In this document: positions 11,968-26,299 of the stretch, one piece after another
How positions within the stretch are numbered: position 1 is the first letter of the stretch
Layout: every line of letters begins with the position of its first letter
Source: Mobula hypostoma
Lineage: Eukaryota
DNA: 64,000 nt
NCBI RefSeq assembly: GCF_963921235.1
Contig: NC_086108.1
Location: forward strand, 27,468,001-27,532,000
Reading direction: 5' to 3'
Notes under the pieces: model-generated
Told to the model about the DNA's origin: nothing
Database searches by the model: none
What the model saw: the letters and a program-made list of their open reading frames with translations, nothing else
Position numbers and translations under genes: made by a program

Positions 11968-12087
11968 GTGGTTAACATCGGATTAGAGTGTCCTGCATTT
12001 ATTAGCTCTGTTTTTCCAGCATTTTCTATATTTCCTTTTTATAACAAATACTGCATTGTAACTGCATTTCAAATATTCCTCTGTTTT
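11968..12087 (+). repeat. Flanking direct repeat B; partner at 15444-15565; candidate long TSD
   Basis: ggattagagtgtcctgcatttattagctc...cattgtaactgcatttc versus ggattacagtgtcctgtatgtattagctc...cattgtaactgcttttc. Confidence 0.85.
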
Positions 12088-12157
12088 ACATAGAACATAG
12101 AACAGTACAGCACAGTACAGGCCCTTCGGCCCACAATGTTGTGCGGACCCTCAAACC
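12088..12157 (-). mobile_element. 70 bp CR1-type 3' tail fragment
   Basis: catagaacatagaacagtacagcacagtacaggcccttcggcccaca; ttttaca on both sides. Confidence 0.7.
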
Positions 12158-12177
12158 TTTTACATTGCTTTTACATT

Positions 12178-12378
12178 GCTGGAAATCACGAGCCAATGGG
12201 AAGTCACTTGGCCACCACTGCTGACCCACCAACTGGAGAGTGTACTGGTAAATGGTCGGGACACTCTATGAAGGTTGGGCAACACCTGACGATATCTGCC
12301 CCTGCCCAAAGACTATGGTTACCTCATCAGGTAACTGAAGAGTTCATCCCGGTGTATGATGCAAGCGACATCTGGTTC
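12178..12378 (+). repeat. Terminal direct repeat A, 5' copy; partner at about 15249-15445
   Basis: Ungapped alignment at offset 3071; I counted 14 mismatches in the first 60 nt. Confidence 0.9.
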
Positions 12379-15300
12379 ACTAGAGACTTCCAGGAAAGAC
12401 TGGATGGCAATCAAGAAAGGTCAGTGACGCTGAAAATACTGCTGACCTCCAGGAAGACTGACATGGGCACACAAGGCTAGCAACCCTGCGTGTAGCACTC
12501 ATAAGAGGCCACCATACAAGCTATGGATGAACTAAATACTCAATGCTAAAGAGTGATTTGGCCCATTGAGAAGAAAAGGGATCTTAAACCATCATGGCAA
12601 CCGAACAGGAGGGAAAGGGGGCCTTGCCACCTGAGAATTGAGGTAAAGACCCTGAACAAACAATTCAAAAACAGTTCACCTGATGAAAAAGAAGGTGTCA
12701 AAGATCTAACCAGCAAACTGCAGAATCAGCTGCGAAAGTGAAGAAGGGAGAAAGAGAGGAGAGTGCAGTTTGTTAAAAACCCATTCAGGTTCAGCAGGGC
12801 ACTTCAAAGCCAGCAAAAATCTGGCACCCTAACCAGCTCGAAGCAGGAGGTGGAAGGATTTCTGTCGGAATCCCCATAGGAATCAGGGAATAGAATTCAA
12901 TCAAAAAGTCCCCCAACCAAGAGTTGAATGTGGCAGAGCCCACATAGCAGGAGGTCCAGGATATCAGCAAGAGAGCAAAGTCATCTGCTGCCACAGGACC
13001 ATGTGGTATACAAGGTATATAAGAAATGCCCAAAACTCCTCCGGAGGTTGTGGAAGATAATGAGGAAGATTTGGACCAAAGGCTTTATTGCACCAAGCAG
13101 GAGAATGGCTGAAAGATGCTTTGTTCCCAAAGAAGAAGATTAGTTCACAATTACCCAGTCTAGGACAATCTCCCTCCTTAGCATGGAGTGCAAGATATTC
13201 TTCTCAGTGCCTACGAGAAGATTGACCTCTTATATCAAAACAACACATCCATTCAGAAGGGTGGCATCCTGGGTCTGTTTGGGTGCCTTGAACACTCCTC
13301 AATAATCAGCCGATTGATCCGCGAGGCCAGGTAAAAGAAAGGTGATCTAACAGCTCTCTGGTTAGACCTAGCCAATGCCTAAGGATCAATTCCACATATC
13401 CTCATCCAGGTTGGCCTGGACCACTACCATATCCTGCCAGTGACACAAGACATGATCACCAGCTACCTAGGAGGATTCAAGCTATGCTTTACTTCAACCC
13501 ACTTTACAACCAGGTGGCAAGACTTTCAAAAACAGGTTATAATTGGCTGTACCATCTCCCACATCTTGTTTGTCATGGGTATGAACCTCCCCATATGAGC
13601 AGCAGCAAATATAATCCGAGGCCCAGTGTTGGAGCCCGGCAAATGACAACCTGCATGCGGGGTTTCATGGATGACATCACAGTAACCACTGTAACACATA
13701 TCCAAGCAAGATGGATATTAGAAACCCTGAACAATGTAGCTACGTGGGCTAGGATGATCTTCAATTTGAGTAAGTCCAGATGCATGGTGATCAAGAAGGT
13801 CAAGGTTACTAGCAAGTTCAGTCTTCAATTACAGGGAGAAGCCATTCCATCCATAGAGAACAACCCAGTAAAGTGTCTTGGAGAGTGGTTAAATATAGCA
13901 ATGATGGACAGCACCAACATCTGCGACACTGTAAAGCAATCTGAAGAGTGGCTGAAGAAGAACAACAAAACCGGATTCCCTGATCAATTTAAGACATAGC
14001 TGTACCAACATTGTCTTCTACCAAGGCTGCTCTGGCTTTTCATGATGTACATGTTCTTAATGATCACTGTAAAGGGCATCAAGAGGAAGGTCAACAAACA
14101 CCTGTGGAGGTGGCTGGGGATTTCCCCAAGTTTTTCTGCAGTGAGGCTCTACATAAGATCAGGCCAGCTACAACTCCCGCTATCATTGGTAGTGGAGGAA
14201 GTTCAAGGTGGCAAAGTGTAGAGTTGTGTTAACACCGTGAGGCTCTGATGACAAGCTAACAAACCAAACAGGAGTCACAACAAGATTGGGCCAAAAGTAG
14301 GTCACCAACTCGACCATAGAAAAGGCAATGAGCTGGTCACTGGCAGCCTGTGCCTGGGACAGCAAGGGCTCAGCTCTGCACATTTCCAATGATGGGGGAG
14401 TGCAAGGGGTTAGTGTGATATGGTCCACGCAGAGGTACAGAACTGTGAGTAAGAAGGGCAGGGATCAAAGGCAGTGGAGTCGGAGTCACAAGGCACCGGA
14501 GTCGGAGTCACAAGGCACCTGGGTGAAATGGGATCTTCCCAAGAGCAAGATCACTTGCTTTGAAGACTGCAGACCTTCCACATTTCCTTCCTTCTGTGTA
14601 TGACGCTCTCCCTACACCATCACAGCTACACACATGGGGGCTGAGAGAGCACCCTAACTGCAAGCTTTGTGGTCAGTGGGGTTCACTGTCAGGATGCAAA
14701 GCAGCTTTAACACAAGGACGGTAGAGATGGCACCACGACAAGGTCCTGCTGTCCCTTGCTGACACACTGGAGTAGGAGCGTTGTAAAAAGAGACCAGCTG
14801 GCATTGTGGCAAACAGGGCAGTCATTTTCATCGAGGAGAGTGCCACGCCAATCATATCAAAGATACCTAAATCCAAGATGCTGCAAACTGCCAAATCCTG
14901 AGAGATGAGGGTCGATGTGGGGAGGAAGATACAGTTCCCAGAGGTGGTGCATCATACTGTGTCCACCAAAGACAAGAAAATTGTCCTGGGGGGAGTTCAC
15001 AGTACCATGCAAGGAGGATCATGAGAGGAAGACCCTAAAGTACCAGTCTTTAGTCCAGGAGGACAAAGGATGGCAGACGTGGCTATTCCCTGTGGAGATT
15101 GGCTGTAGAGGGTTCCCAGCAAGGTCAGCACGGAGGTTGTTGTCTGTGCTGGGCCTTGATGAAAAGAGCAAGAACCAAGCAGCTCACAGGATAGGGGAGG
15201 AAGCAGAAAGAGCCTCTTACTGGATATAGAGCAGGCGAGAAGAGTTGAGCTGGAAGTCAGGAGCAGATGGACAGTGACTTGACTGCCACTGCTGACCTGC

Positions 15301-15443
15301 CAGCCGGAGAGTGTAGTGGTTAAGTGTCGAGTCACTTGATGAAGGTTGGGTACCATCTGATGACATCTGCTCCTGACCAAAGGCTACAGTTACCTCAACA
15401 GGTAACTGAAGAGAGCACCCCAGTCTATGAAGTAAGCAAATAT
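12178..15443 (+). mobile_element. Decayed Hero/NeSL-like non-LTR retrotransposon (RT plus restriction-like endonuclease)
   Basis: Frameshifted motifs: WLDLANA*GSIPH, RGFMDDITV (RT), CKLCG..SGC..LTQGR*RWHHDKVL (zinc-knuckle region), EFTVPCKE..ERKTLKY..WLFPVEIGCRGF (endonuclease); ORF stop at 15275-15277. Confidence 0.85.
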
Positions 15444-16193
15444 GTGATTAGCACTGGATTACAGTGTCCTGTATGTATTAGCTCGGTTTATCCAGCACCT
15501 TCTATAATATTTCCTTTTATACTAAGTACTACATTGTAACTGCTTTTCCAATATTTCCCTGTTTTGTTCTTCCATTGCTTCTTGTGTTCATTTGTTGCAC
15601 TGATATTTTCCGAGAGGCCCTGGGTGCTATTGCAATATCTTTTCTAATTCTCTGCTGTACCTAGATTCTGCTTTACTTTATGCTAGTCTAGTAATAGTTG
15701 TTCTGATAAATCAGGGCCACAGGCATTTACGAAGGCTTCTATTTGCTTTTACAGTAATCTGACATAGTTTTATTGCAGCTGTAGTGCTTTTTTTTGGTTA
15801 TAAAGTACTATGCATTTGTGTATATCAACTTCTCTTTGCTGTTAAATTGCTTGCTTCAGTTACATTTGTGTTTACCATTTGCTATTAAATTTGTACTTGC
15901 TCTGTTGATGGTAATAGACAGGGAATTGTGTTAATTTTCTGCATTTCCTATATGGTATTATTGTACTGTTTAGAACAATTACATTCATCATTGCACCAAC
16001 TGCTGCGCAGTTTATCTGTATCACTGCGATAACCTCTGCTGCCTATTGGCAGTTCAGTATTTCCCCCAGTAATAAGCTGCTGCGATGCTGTCTATTGCAA
16101 TATTTTTGGTGCTGCTTAACTGTTAGTAAACTACTTTTGTCTCGATTGTGTTGCAGGTCATGAATTACCATGCTTCAATATGTCTTGTGCTGC

Positions 16194-16600
16194 ATCATCA
16201 AGGACCCCCATGATCTAGACCATGCTCTCTTCTTACTGCAGGAGGCCCAGGATCCTTAAGTCCCACGCTGCCAGGTTCAAGAACAATTATGGCCCTGCAA
16301 ACATCAGGCTCCTGAACCAGCGTGGATAATTTTGCTCACTTCAAATCTGAACTGATTCCATTACCTATGGACTCACTTTCAAGGACTCGTGTTCACAGTA
16401 TTATTTATTTATTTTCTCATTTGTATAGCTTCTCTTCATTTTGGACATTGGTTGTTCGTCAGTCTTAGTTTGTGTAGTTTTTAATTGATTCTGTTGTATT
16501 TTGCTGTTCTACTGCGAATGCCTGCAAGAAAATGAATCTTAAGGTAGTATATAGTGACAAATACATATTTTGGTTATAAATACATACTTCAAAATTTGAG
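16194..16600 (+). mobile_element. Decayed Rex1/Babar-type 3' end
   Basis: IIKDPHDLDHALF..RFKNNYGPANIRLLN followed by a T-rich 3' UTR. Confidence 0.7.
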
Positions 16601-16624
16601 CATTATTTATATTGATGCAAAACT

Positions 16625-17365
16625 GAGCATTGCATTAGCACAAAGTAGATGTGATGAACTTCAAGGAGACTAAACCTGCACTGTTCCCTGTTACTATTCA
16701 TGGTGAGGACGTGGATGTGGTGAGGACCTACAAGTACCTGGGAATGCACCTGGATGACAGACCTGAGTGCAGCACCAACACAGAAGCTATGTACAAGAAG
16801 GGCCAGAGGCACTTCCACTTCCTGAGGAGTCTGAGGTCCTTTGTTGTATGCAGGCCTCTCCTTCACATGTTCTGTCAGTCTGTTGTCGCCAATATAGTCT
16901 TCTATGTGGTGGTGTGCTGGGGCAATGAAATCAACATGGGTGATGCCAACAGGCTCAATAAACTGATTAAAAAGGCTGGCTCTGTTACAGGAGTCAAACT
17001 GGACCCACTGGAGGCTGTGGTAGAACAAAGGACCCAAAGGAACAGCCTAGCAATTCTGGACAACGTTTCTCACCCTCTGTATGCTGCCTTGGCTGAACAG
17101 AGGAACAGTTTTAGTAATAGACTAAGACAAATGTGCTACTCCAAAGAGAGCCATATGAGGTCATTCTTACCCTTGGCTATTAGGCTCTATTATAAGTCAA
17201 CTTATAGCCAAGGAAGTGATGACTCCCTCCTGTTAGACTGTTTGAGCTAACTTATTTTTTATTCCTTCTTATATTTCTCCTAATATTGGTATATCTATGC
17301 ACTTATAATGCTACAGTGACACTGTCATTTTCTTTGGGTTCAATAAAGTATCTATCTATCTATAT
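16625..17365 (+). mobile_element. Rex1/Babar LINE 3' fragment (ORF 16651-17250)
   Basis: YKYLGMHLDD..KKGQRH.HFLRSLRSF..SHPL..RSFLPLAIRLY; caataaagta(tcta)n tail. Confidence 0.9.
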
Positions 17366-17524
17366 TTTGTGTCCTGCTATCTTATGATAGTTTGTGTGCT
17401 TTGTTCTAAATGTTCAGAATCAGAATCAGAATCAAGTTTGCTATCACCAGCATGTGACGTGAAATTTGTTAACTTAGCGGCAACAGTTCAATGCAATACC
17501 TAATCTAGCAGAGAGAAAAATATA

Positions 17525-18197
17525 GTTAGATTAGATTATTAGATTATGAGGACACTCAGTCCTCGTTTATTGTCATTTAGAAATGCATGCATTAAAAAAT
17601 GATACAATGTACCTCCGGTATGATATCACAGAAACACAGGACAGACCAAGACTAAATCTGACAAAAACCACATAATTATAACATATAGTTACAACAGTGC
17701 AAAGCAATACTGTAATTTGATAAGAGCCGACCATGGACACAGTAAAAAAAAAGTCTCAAAGTCCTGATAGCTCCAACATCTCACGCAGACGGTAGAAGGG
17801 GGAAACTCTCCCTGCCATGAGCTTCCAGCGCCGCAAACTTGTCGATGCAGCGTCCTGGAAGCACCCGACCACAGTCCGACTCTGAGTCCATCCGAAAACT
17901 TTGAGCCTCCCACCAGCCCTCCGACACAGAGCACTGAGCACCATCCAGACTTTGACCATGACCCCAGCAGCCAAGCAACAGGCAAAGCTGAGGATTCGGG
18001 GCCTTCCCCTCCAGAGATTTCAGATCACACAGTAGCAGCAGCAGCGAAGCAGGCATTTCAGAAGTTTCACCAGGTGTTCCTCTGTGCTCTCATGTCTGCC
18101 TCCATCAAATCAGAATTGTGCACGGCCTCCTACTTGACAGATTACAGATATTCATCACCGGAGAGGCCGCGTGCACTGCATCGCACCACCATCTTCT
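17525..18197 (-). mobile_element. Non-coding retroposon inserted in the Rex1 3' UTR
   Basis: (ttaga)n tail and tttattg at the left, caccatctt (aagatggtg on minus strand) at the right; Rex1 UTR resumes afterwards. Confidence 0.6.
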
Positions 18198-19632
18198 CTT
18201 CCTATTATTATTTAATAATAAATAAAATTAAAATAATAATAATAATAAATAAACAAGTAAATCAATTACATATATTGAATAGATTTTAAAGATGTGCAAA
18301 AACAGAAGTACTGTATATTAAAAAAAAGTGAGGTTGTCCAAAGATCCAATATCCATTTAGGAATCGGATGGCAGAGGGGAAGAAGCTGTTCCTGAATTGA
18401 TGAGTGTGTGCCTTCAGGCTTCTGTACCTCCTACCTGATGGTAACAGTGAGAAAAGAGCATGCCCTGGGTGCTGGAGGTCCTTAATAATGGACACTGCCT
18501 TTCTGAGACACTGCTCCCTAAAGATGTCCTGGGTACTTTGTAGTCTAGTACCCAAGATGGAGCCGACTAGATTTACAACCTTCTGCAGCTTCTTTCGGTC
18601 CTGTGCAGTGGTGCCCCTATACTGGACAGTGATGCAGCCTGTCAGAATGCTCTTCACGGTACAACTATAGAAGTTTTTGAGTGTATTTATTGACATTCCA
18701 AATCTCTTCAAACTCCTCACAAAGTATAGCCACTGTCTTGCCTTCTTTATAACTATATCGATATGTTGGGACCAGGTTAGATCCTCAGAGATCTTGATAT
18801 CCAGGAATTTGAAGCTGCTCACACTCTCCACTGCTGATCCCTCTATGAGGATTGGTATGTGTTCTGTCATCTTATCCTTCCTGAAATCCAAAATCAGCTC
18901 TTTCATCTTACTGACGTTGAGTGCAGGTTGTTGCTGCAACACCACTCCATTAGTTGGCATATCTCACTCCTGTATGCCCTCTTGTCACCACCTGAGATTC
19001 TACCAACAATGGTTGTATTGTCAGCAAATTTATATATGGTATTTGAGTTATGCCTAGCCACATAGTCATGTGTTATAGAGAGTAGAGCAGTGGGCTAAGC
19101 ACACACCCTTGAGGTGCGCCAGTGTTGATCATTAACGAGGAGGATATGTTATCACCAATCCACACAGACTGTGGTCTTCCAGTTAGGAAGTTGAGGATCC
19201 AATTGCAGTGGGAGGTACAGAGGCCCAGGTTCTGCAACTTCTCAATCAGGACTGTGGGAATGATGGTATTAAATGCTGAGCTATAGTGGATGAACAGCAT
19301 CCTGACGTAGGTGTTTGTGTTGTCCAGGTGGTCTAAAGCTGTGTGGAGAGCCATTGAGATTGCATTTGCCATTGACCTATTGTGGTGATAGGCAAATTGC
19401 AATGGGTCCAGGTCCTTGCTGAGGCAGGAGTTCAGTATAGTCATGACCAACCTCTCAAAGCATTTCATCACTGTCGATGTGAGTGCTACCGGGCAATAGT
19501 CATTAAGGCAGCCGACATTATTCTTCTTAGGCACTGGTATAATTGTTGACTTTTTGAAACAAGTGAGAACTTCCGCCCATAGCAGTGAGAGGTTGAAAAT
19601 GTCCTTGAATACTCCCGCTAGTTGGTTGGCAC

Positions 19633-21207
19633 TGTCATGGTCCAGTCCGTGAAGTCCGCATTCCGGTTCACGATCTGGTCTGTGGACTCAGGACTCCAGG
19701 TCTTCCAGCCGTCCCTTGTTTTGGTTGGGTTAATCATAGGCACCTGATTCCCATCTTGAGGCTTTGAATATGTAGCCTTATGGTTGAGTGTGGGTGGCTG
19801 GTTTGTCTTGTCAAGATTCCCTGGGAGCAACCGGCTGGTGGAAGGCTAAAGCGGCCACTTGCCACCTGTAGGCCACTTTGGAGAACCACCACTTCATGGA
19901 GCCTTGCTATCGGCAGTTGGAGCTGTCTTTGCGGTATGAATTTGGTCATTTCCCTGGCCAGCTGAGTGGCCGTCCAGCCACTCCGAGCTAGGTAGGGATC
20001 TGGCTGTTTCTGTAGTCTCCTGAAGTCTTGCCATGCCCCTGCAACCTGTGTCTGAAGCCTCGCCTTGCCTGAAACCTTGCCTTGCCTGTAACCCTTGCCT
20101 GCACCGCTGTCAAGTTCATTCGCCGGAGCAAGATAAGGAACTGTCTATCGTTGTTTTGAACTGTCTCTGTGTCCACGCCTTTGCTAAGTAGATCTGGCTG
20201 TTTACCGCTACCTAGTGTTGGGATCTGTCTTTGCATCCTCGCCTTCGCTAGGTATGTCCGACCGTTTGCCACTACCTAGTGTTGGAAACCGTATGTATCC
20301 ACACCTTCGCTAGGTAGGTCTGGTAGTTTGCAGCTACCTATTGTTGAGAACTATCTATGTCCACGCTTTCGCTAGGCAGGTCCAGCCGTCTGCCGCTGCC
20401 TTGTGTTGGGAACGGTCTCAGAATTCTGCATTCTGTGTAATTAATCCCAACCCTACGTCCTGTACTCAAGGAGGGATCCCGGCTCTGTCTTCCATGTTCC
20501 TGTCTCTCTCTTGACCAAGGCTCTGTGTCCCTGTCTCTCCCTTGATCAAGGTTCTGCATTCCTGTCTCTCCCTTGACCAAGTCAAGGCTTCATGGTCCGT
20601 CCAGTCCTAGCCACGTCCAAGAAGGTTGTCCTGTCCAATCCATGGCTTTGCGTTCTCATCTTGTCCACGGCTCTCGTCCCGCCTGGTGCTGGGGTTCCCT
20701 CGTACTGTACTGGGTTCCCTTGTCCTGTCCAGGAGTCTCACGTCCAGTCCTGTTGCCTCTCCTCATCCTGTTGCCACGTCTTGCCCTCACTTAGTTCTGG
20801 AGTCCGAGCCCGAGTCAAGTCCTAGGTTCTGGGTCCTTGCCCAGTCTCTGGCTCGGAGTCCATACCCAAGCCTCGAAGTACCCTAGCCTCGAAGAACCCA
20901 AGCCTCGTCATGTCTTCGCCTAGATCCAGGGTCCGAGCCCGAGCCAAGACCCAGGTTTCGGGTCCTTGTCCAGTCTCTGGCTTGGAATCCAGCCCAGGCT
21001 CCTAGTTCCAAGTTCCATGCCCTGGTTTCGCTATCCTAGTCAAGTCCTAGCCCAGGCCCTGTATGCTTGTCTTGCCCAGGGCCTGTGTCATGTCCAGCGT
21101 CCTTTCTTCCTCTCTCCCTTGCTTCCTTGTCATGCCTAGTCCTGTTCCTAATACCTCAGTGTCTGTGCCTCACATTTGGGTCTGCTCCCAGCACCCCCAT
21201 TATGACA
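19633..21207. mobile_element. Solo-LTR-like element, 1575 bp, copy 1
   Basis: TGTCAT...ATGACA termini; 5 bp TSD ggcac (19628-19632, 21208-21212); Rex1 ORF continues on both sides. Confidence 0.88.
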
Positions 21208-22434
21208 GGCACAGGTTTTCAGACCCTTACCAGGTACTCCATTGGTACCTTCCACCTTGCAAGGGTTCACTCCCCTTAAAGATAGTCTAACATTGGCCTC
21301 TGAGATGGAGATCACAGGGTCATTAGGTGCAGCAGGGATCTTCACACCTGTAGTCATGTTCTTCCTTTCAAAGCATGCATAGAGGCATTGAGTTCATCTG
21401 GTAGTGAAGCATTGGTGCCATTCGTGCTATTGGGTTTTGTTTTGTAGGAAGTAATGTCTTGCAGACCCTGCCAGAGTTGTTGTGCATCTGATGTCACCTC
21501 CAACCTCATTTGAAATTGTCTTTTTGCCCTTGAGATAGCCCTCCACAAATCATACCTGTTTTTCTGGTACATGCTTGGGTTGCGAGACTTGAATGCCACA
21601 GATCTAATCTTCAGCAGACAACGTACCTCCTGGTTCATCCACAGCTTTTGGTTTGTGAATGTACGGTAAGTCTTTCTAGGCACACACTCATCCACACAGG
21701 TTTTAATGAAGTCGGTAACAACTGCAGCATACTCATCCAAGTTTGAAGATGAATCCCTGAATACAGTCCAGTCCACCAATTCGAAGCAGTCCTGTAGGCA
21801 CTCTTGTGTTTCCCTTGTCCATACCTTCTTGTTCCTCACTGCTGGTGCTGCAGTTTTCAGTCTCTGCCTATACTCAGGGAGTAGACATGCAGCTAGGTGA
21901 TCAGACTTCCCAAAGTGAGGTCATGGAATAGCACAGTAGGTATTCTAGGTGGTGGTGTAGCAATGGTCCAGTGTGTTGTTTCCTCTGGTATTGCAAGTGG
22001 TCTGTTGATGGTAGTTGCTCAGTGATTTTTTTCAGACTGGCCTGGTTAAAATCTCCCAAAACAATGGTGAAGGTGTTAGGGTGTGCTGTTTCGTGCATGT
22101 TAATCCCATTACTCAGATCATCTAAAGCCTGCTTGACATTGGCCTGAGGTGGAATGTATATTGCTACCAAAATGAACCCAGAGAACTCCCGTGGTAGGTA
22201 AAAAGGACGGCACTTTACTGCTAGATATTTCAGGTCTGCTGAGCAGAATTGGGACAGCACTGATATATTTGTGCACCAAGAAGAGTTGATCATGAGGCAT
22301 ATTCCTTGACATCTGCTTTTGAGAGACGCTATAGATCTATCCTGACCGTGTATAGTAAACCCGTCAATCTGAATCGCTGCATCCGGTATGGAAGGGGTTA
22401 ACCAGGATTTCGTGAAACAAAGGACAAACGCGGT

Positions 22435-22985
22435 CAGTACTGGTCAAAAGTCTTAGGCACACATATACAGTTAGGGTGCCTAAGACTTTTGCACAGAATT
22501 GTCGTAATTTTATGTATTGCACTGCACTGCTGTCACAAAAAAGGTACATGTCAAATGTGAGTAATGATAAGTTTACCTGATTCTGATATGGGTCTCTGTT
22601 GTGGGGACTGAGAGTGGCGAGGAGGTCAGGGAGAGGAGAATCGTGGTTTGGAAAAGGAACAAGGAGAGGGGAGGGAGCAGGAAGCACCAGAAAGATGTTC
22701 TGAAATGATCAATTATCCAATTGTTTGGAATCAAATGATCTTGCCTGGTGTCTCAGGGCCGGGTGTGTCTGCATCGATGCTATCCCCTACCACTAGCAAT
22801 CCCTCTCTGCCACCTCTTCCACACTTCTCCCATGGCACTCCACCATCACCATTCCCAGCATCCTTTGCTCCCACCAGATTTACAAACTCGCTGTCTGCTT
22901 CATGCTGACAAATGCAGTACTGTGCAAAATTCTTAGGCACCCTAGCTATATATATATATATACCTAAGACTTTTGTACAGGATTG
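22435..22985 (+). mobile_element. Tc1/mariner-type MITE, copy 3
   Basis: Same TIR pairs and interior; abuts the truncated 5' end of Rex1 with no left TA. Confidence 0.85.
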
Positions 22986-23225
22986 TAGTGAATTGTATCC
23001 ATGTTTTGTTCTGCACCTTTGCATTATTTGTCATCTTTGTGCAGTCAGTGAGCTGCTTTTATTTGTTATATTTCAGTTCTTGCAGTATTGTGATTTCAGG
23101 CACATTGCACTAAACGTGGTGTTGCACCAGGTTTTACGTCAATGCTGTTGCAGTGATGCAATTTATTTACACTTGTGTTACTTTCTTGTTAATTTTGCTG
23201 TACTTGCTTGTTGTGAAATTGGATG

Positions 23226-25517
<2,292 letters not shown>

Positions 25518-25654
25518 TCATGCAAAAGTCAATCTTCACAGCACTGGTGAGGATTGTTTGAATATTACTGAAAGGAGATACAGGAGCAGCTCCTTATTCC
25601 ATCTTTCCTACGGCATAAATTCAGGCCATTTACCCAATAAGTCTATACCAGCTC

Positions 25655-25885
25655 ATTACTGCCGCTGCCTATAAGGAGCCTGTACATTCTCCCTGTGACT
25701 GCGTGGGTTTCGCTTGGATGGTCTGGTTTCTGGCCACAGTCCAAAGATTTACTGTTTGGTAGGTTAATTGGATGTTGTAAATTGTCCCATGATTAGGCTA
25801 AGGTTATATTGGGGGTTGATGTGAAGCTTGGCTCAAAGGGTCGAAAGAGCCGATTCTGCGCTGAATCTCAATAAATAAATGAATA
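25655..25885 (+). mobile_element. V-SINE/HE1-like SINE fragment
   Basis: ctccctgtgactgcgtgggtttc..ctggtttc..cacagtccaaaga V-domain-like core; aataaataaa tail. Confidence 0.65.
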
Positions 25886-25979
25886 AGTATTCTCCAGCTA
25901 ATTTTCCACAGAATATATTCACAACCCTTTTAATGTCAATCAATTTCTTTGGATTTTACCACTCACCAATGCTCTGGGA

Positions 25980-26168
25980 GAAATTGACAGTTGCCTATTA
26001 ACCTAACAACCCACATGTCTTTGGGATATGGAAGGAAACTCTCGTAGTCACGGGGAGAATGTTTAGACTCCGCATGTAGGGTGGTATAAGTTAGGATTGA
26101 ATCAAGGTACTGGAGATGTAAGGCTGTGAGGGAAGAGCTTTACTTACTGAGCCACTGTGTTGTCCATG
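25980..26168 (-). mobile_element. V-SINE/HE1-like SINE fragment
   Basis: Reverse complement of the same core (atgtctttggga..gtcacggggagaat). Confidence 0.6.
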
Positions 26169-26299
26169 GAGTCTGTCACTGAGAACTGGCCTCAGTAGAC
26201 CCCTTTAACAAACTTACTCATCTCCGTTCTAAACACCTCTGAATATTTAACCCATCTGCTCATGCCTTGACATCTAGTAGTGGTAGTGCATACACTCGA

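Larger units (their letters stand above)
17415..22434 (-). mobile_element. Long Rex1/Babar LINE (endonuclease plus RT) with two nested insertions
   Basis: ORF pieces 21901-22293 (CRPFYLPREFS, GDFN), 21354-21839, 19073-19534 ([23 protein letters not shown]), 18286-18960; (cagaat)n tail at about 17415. Confidence 0.92.

Noticed and set aside
14476..14519. 22 bp tandem duplication ggagtcggagtcacaaggcacc
   Set aside because: Simple local slippage in a dead ORF
15387..15435. Type III hammerhead using the stem-loop and CTGAAGA near 15407
   Set aside because: No UH before the stem, no helix II and no GAAA in either repeat copy
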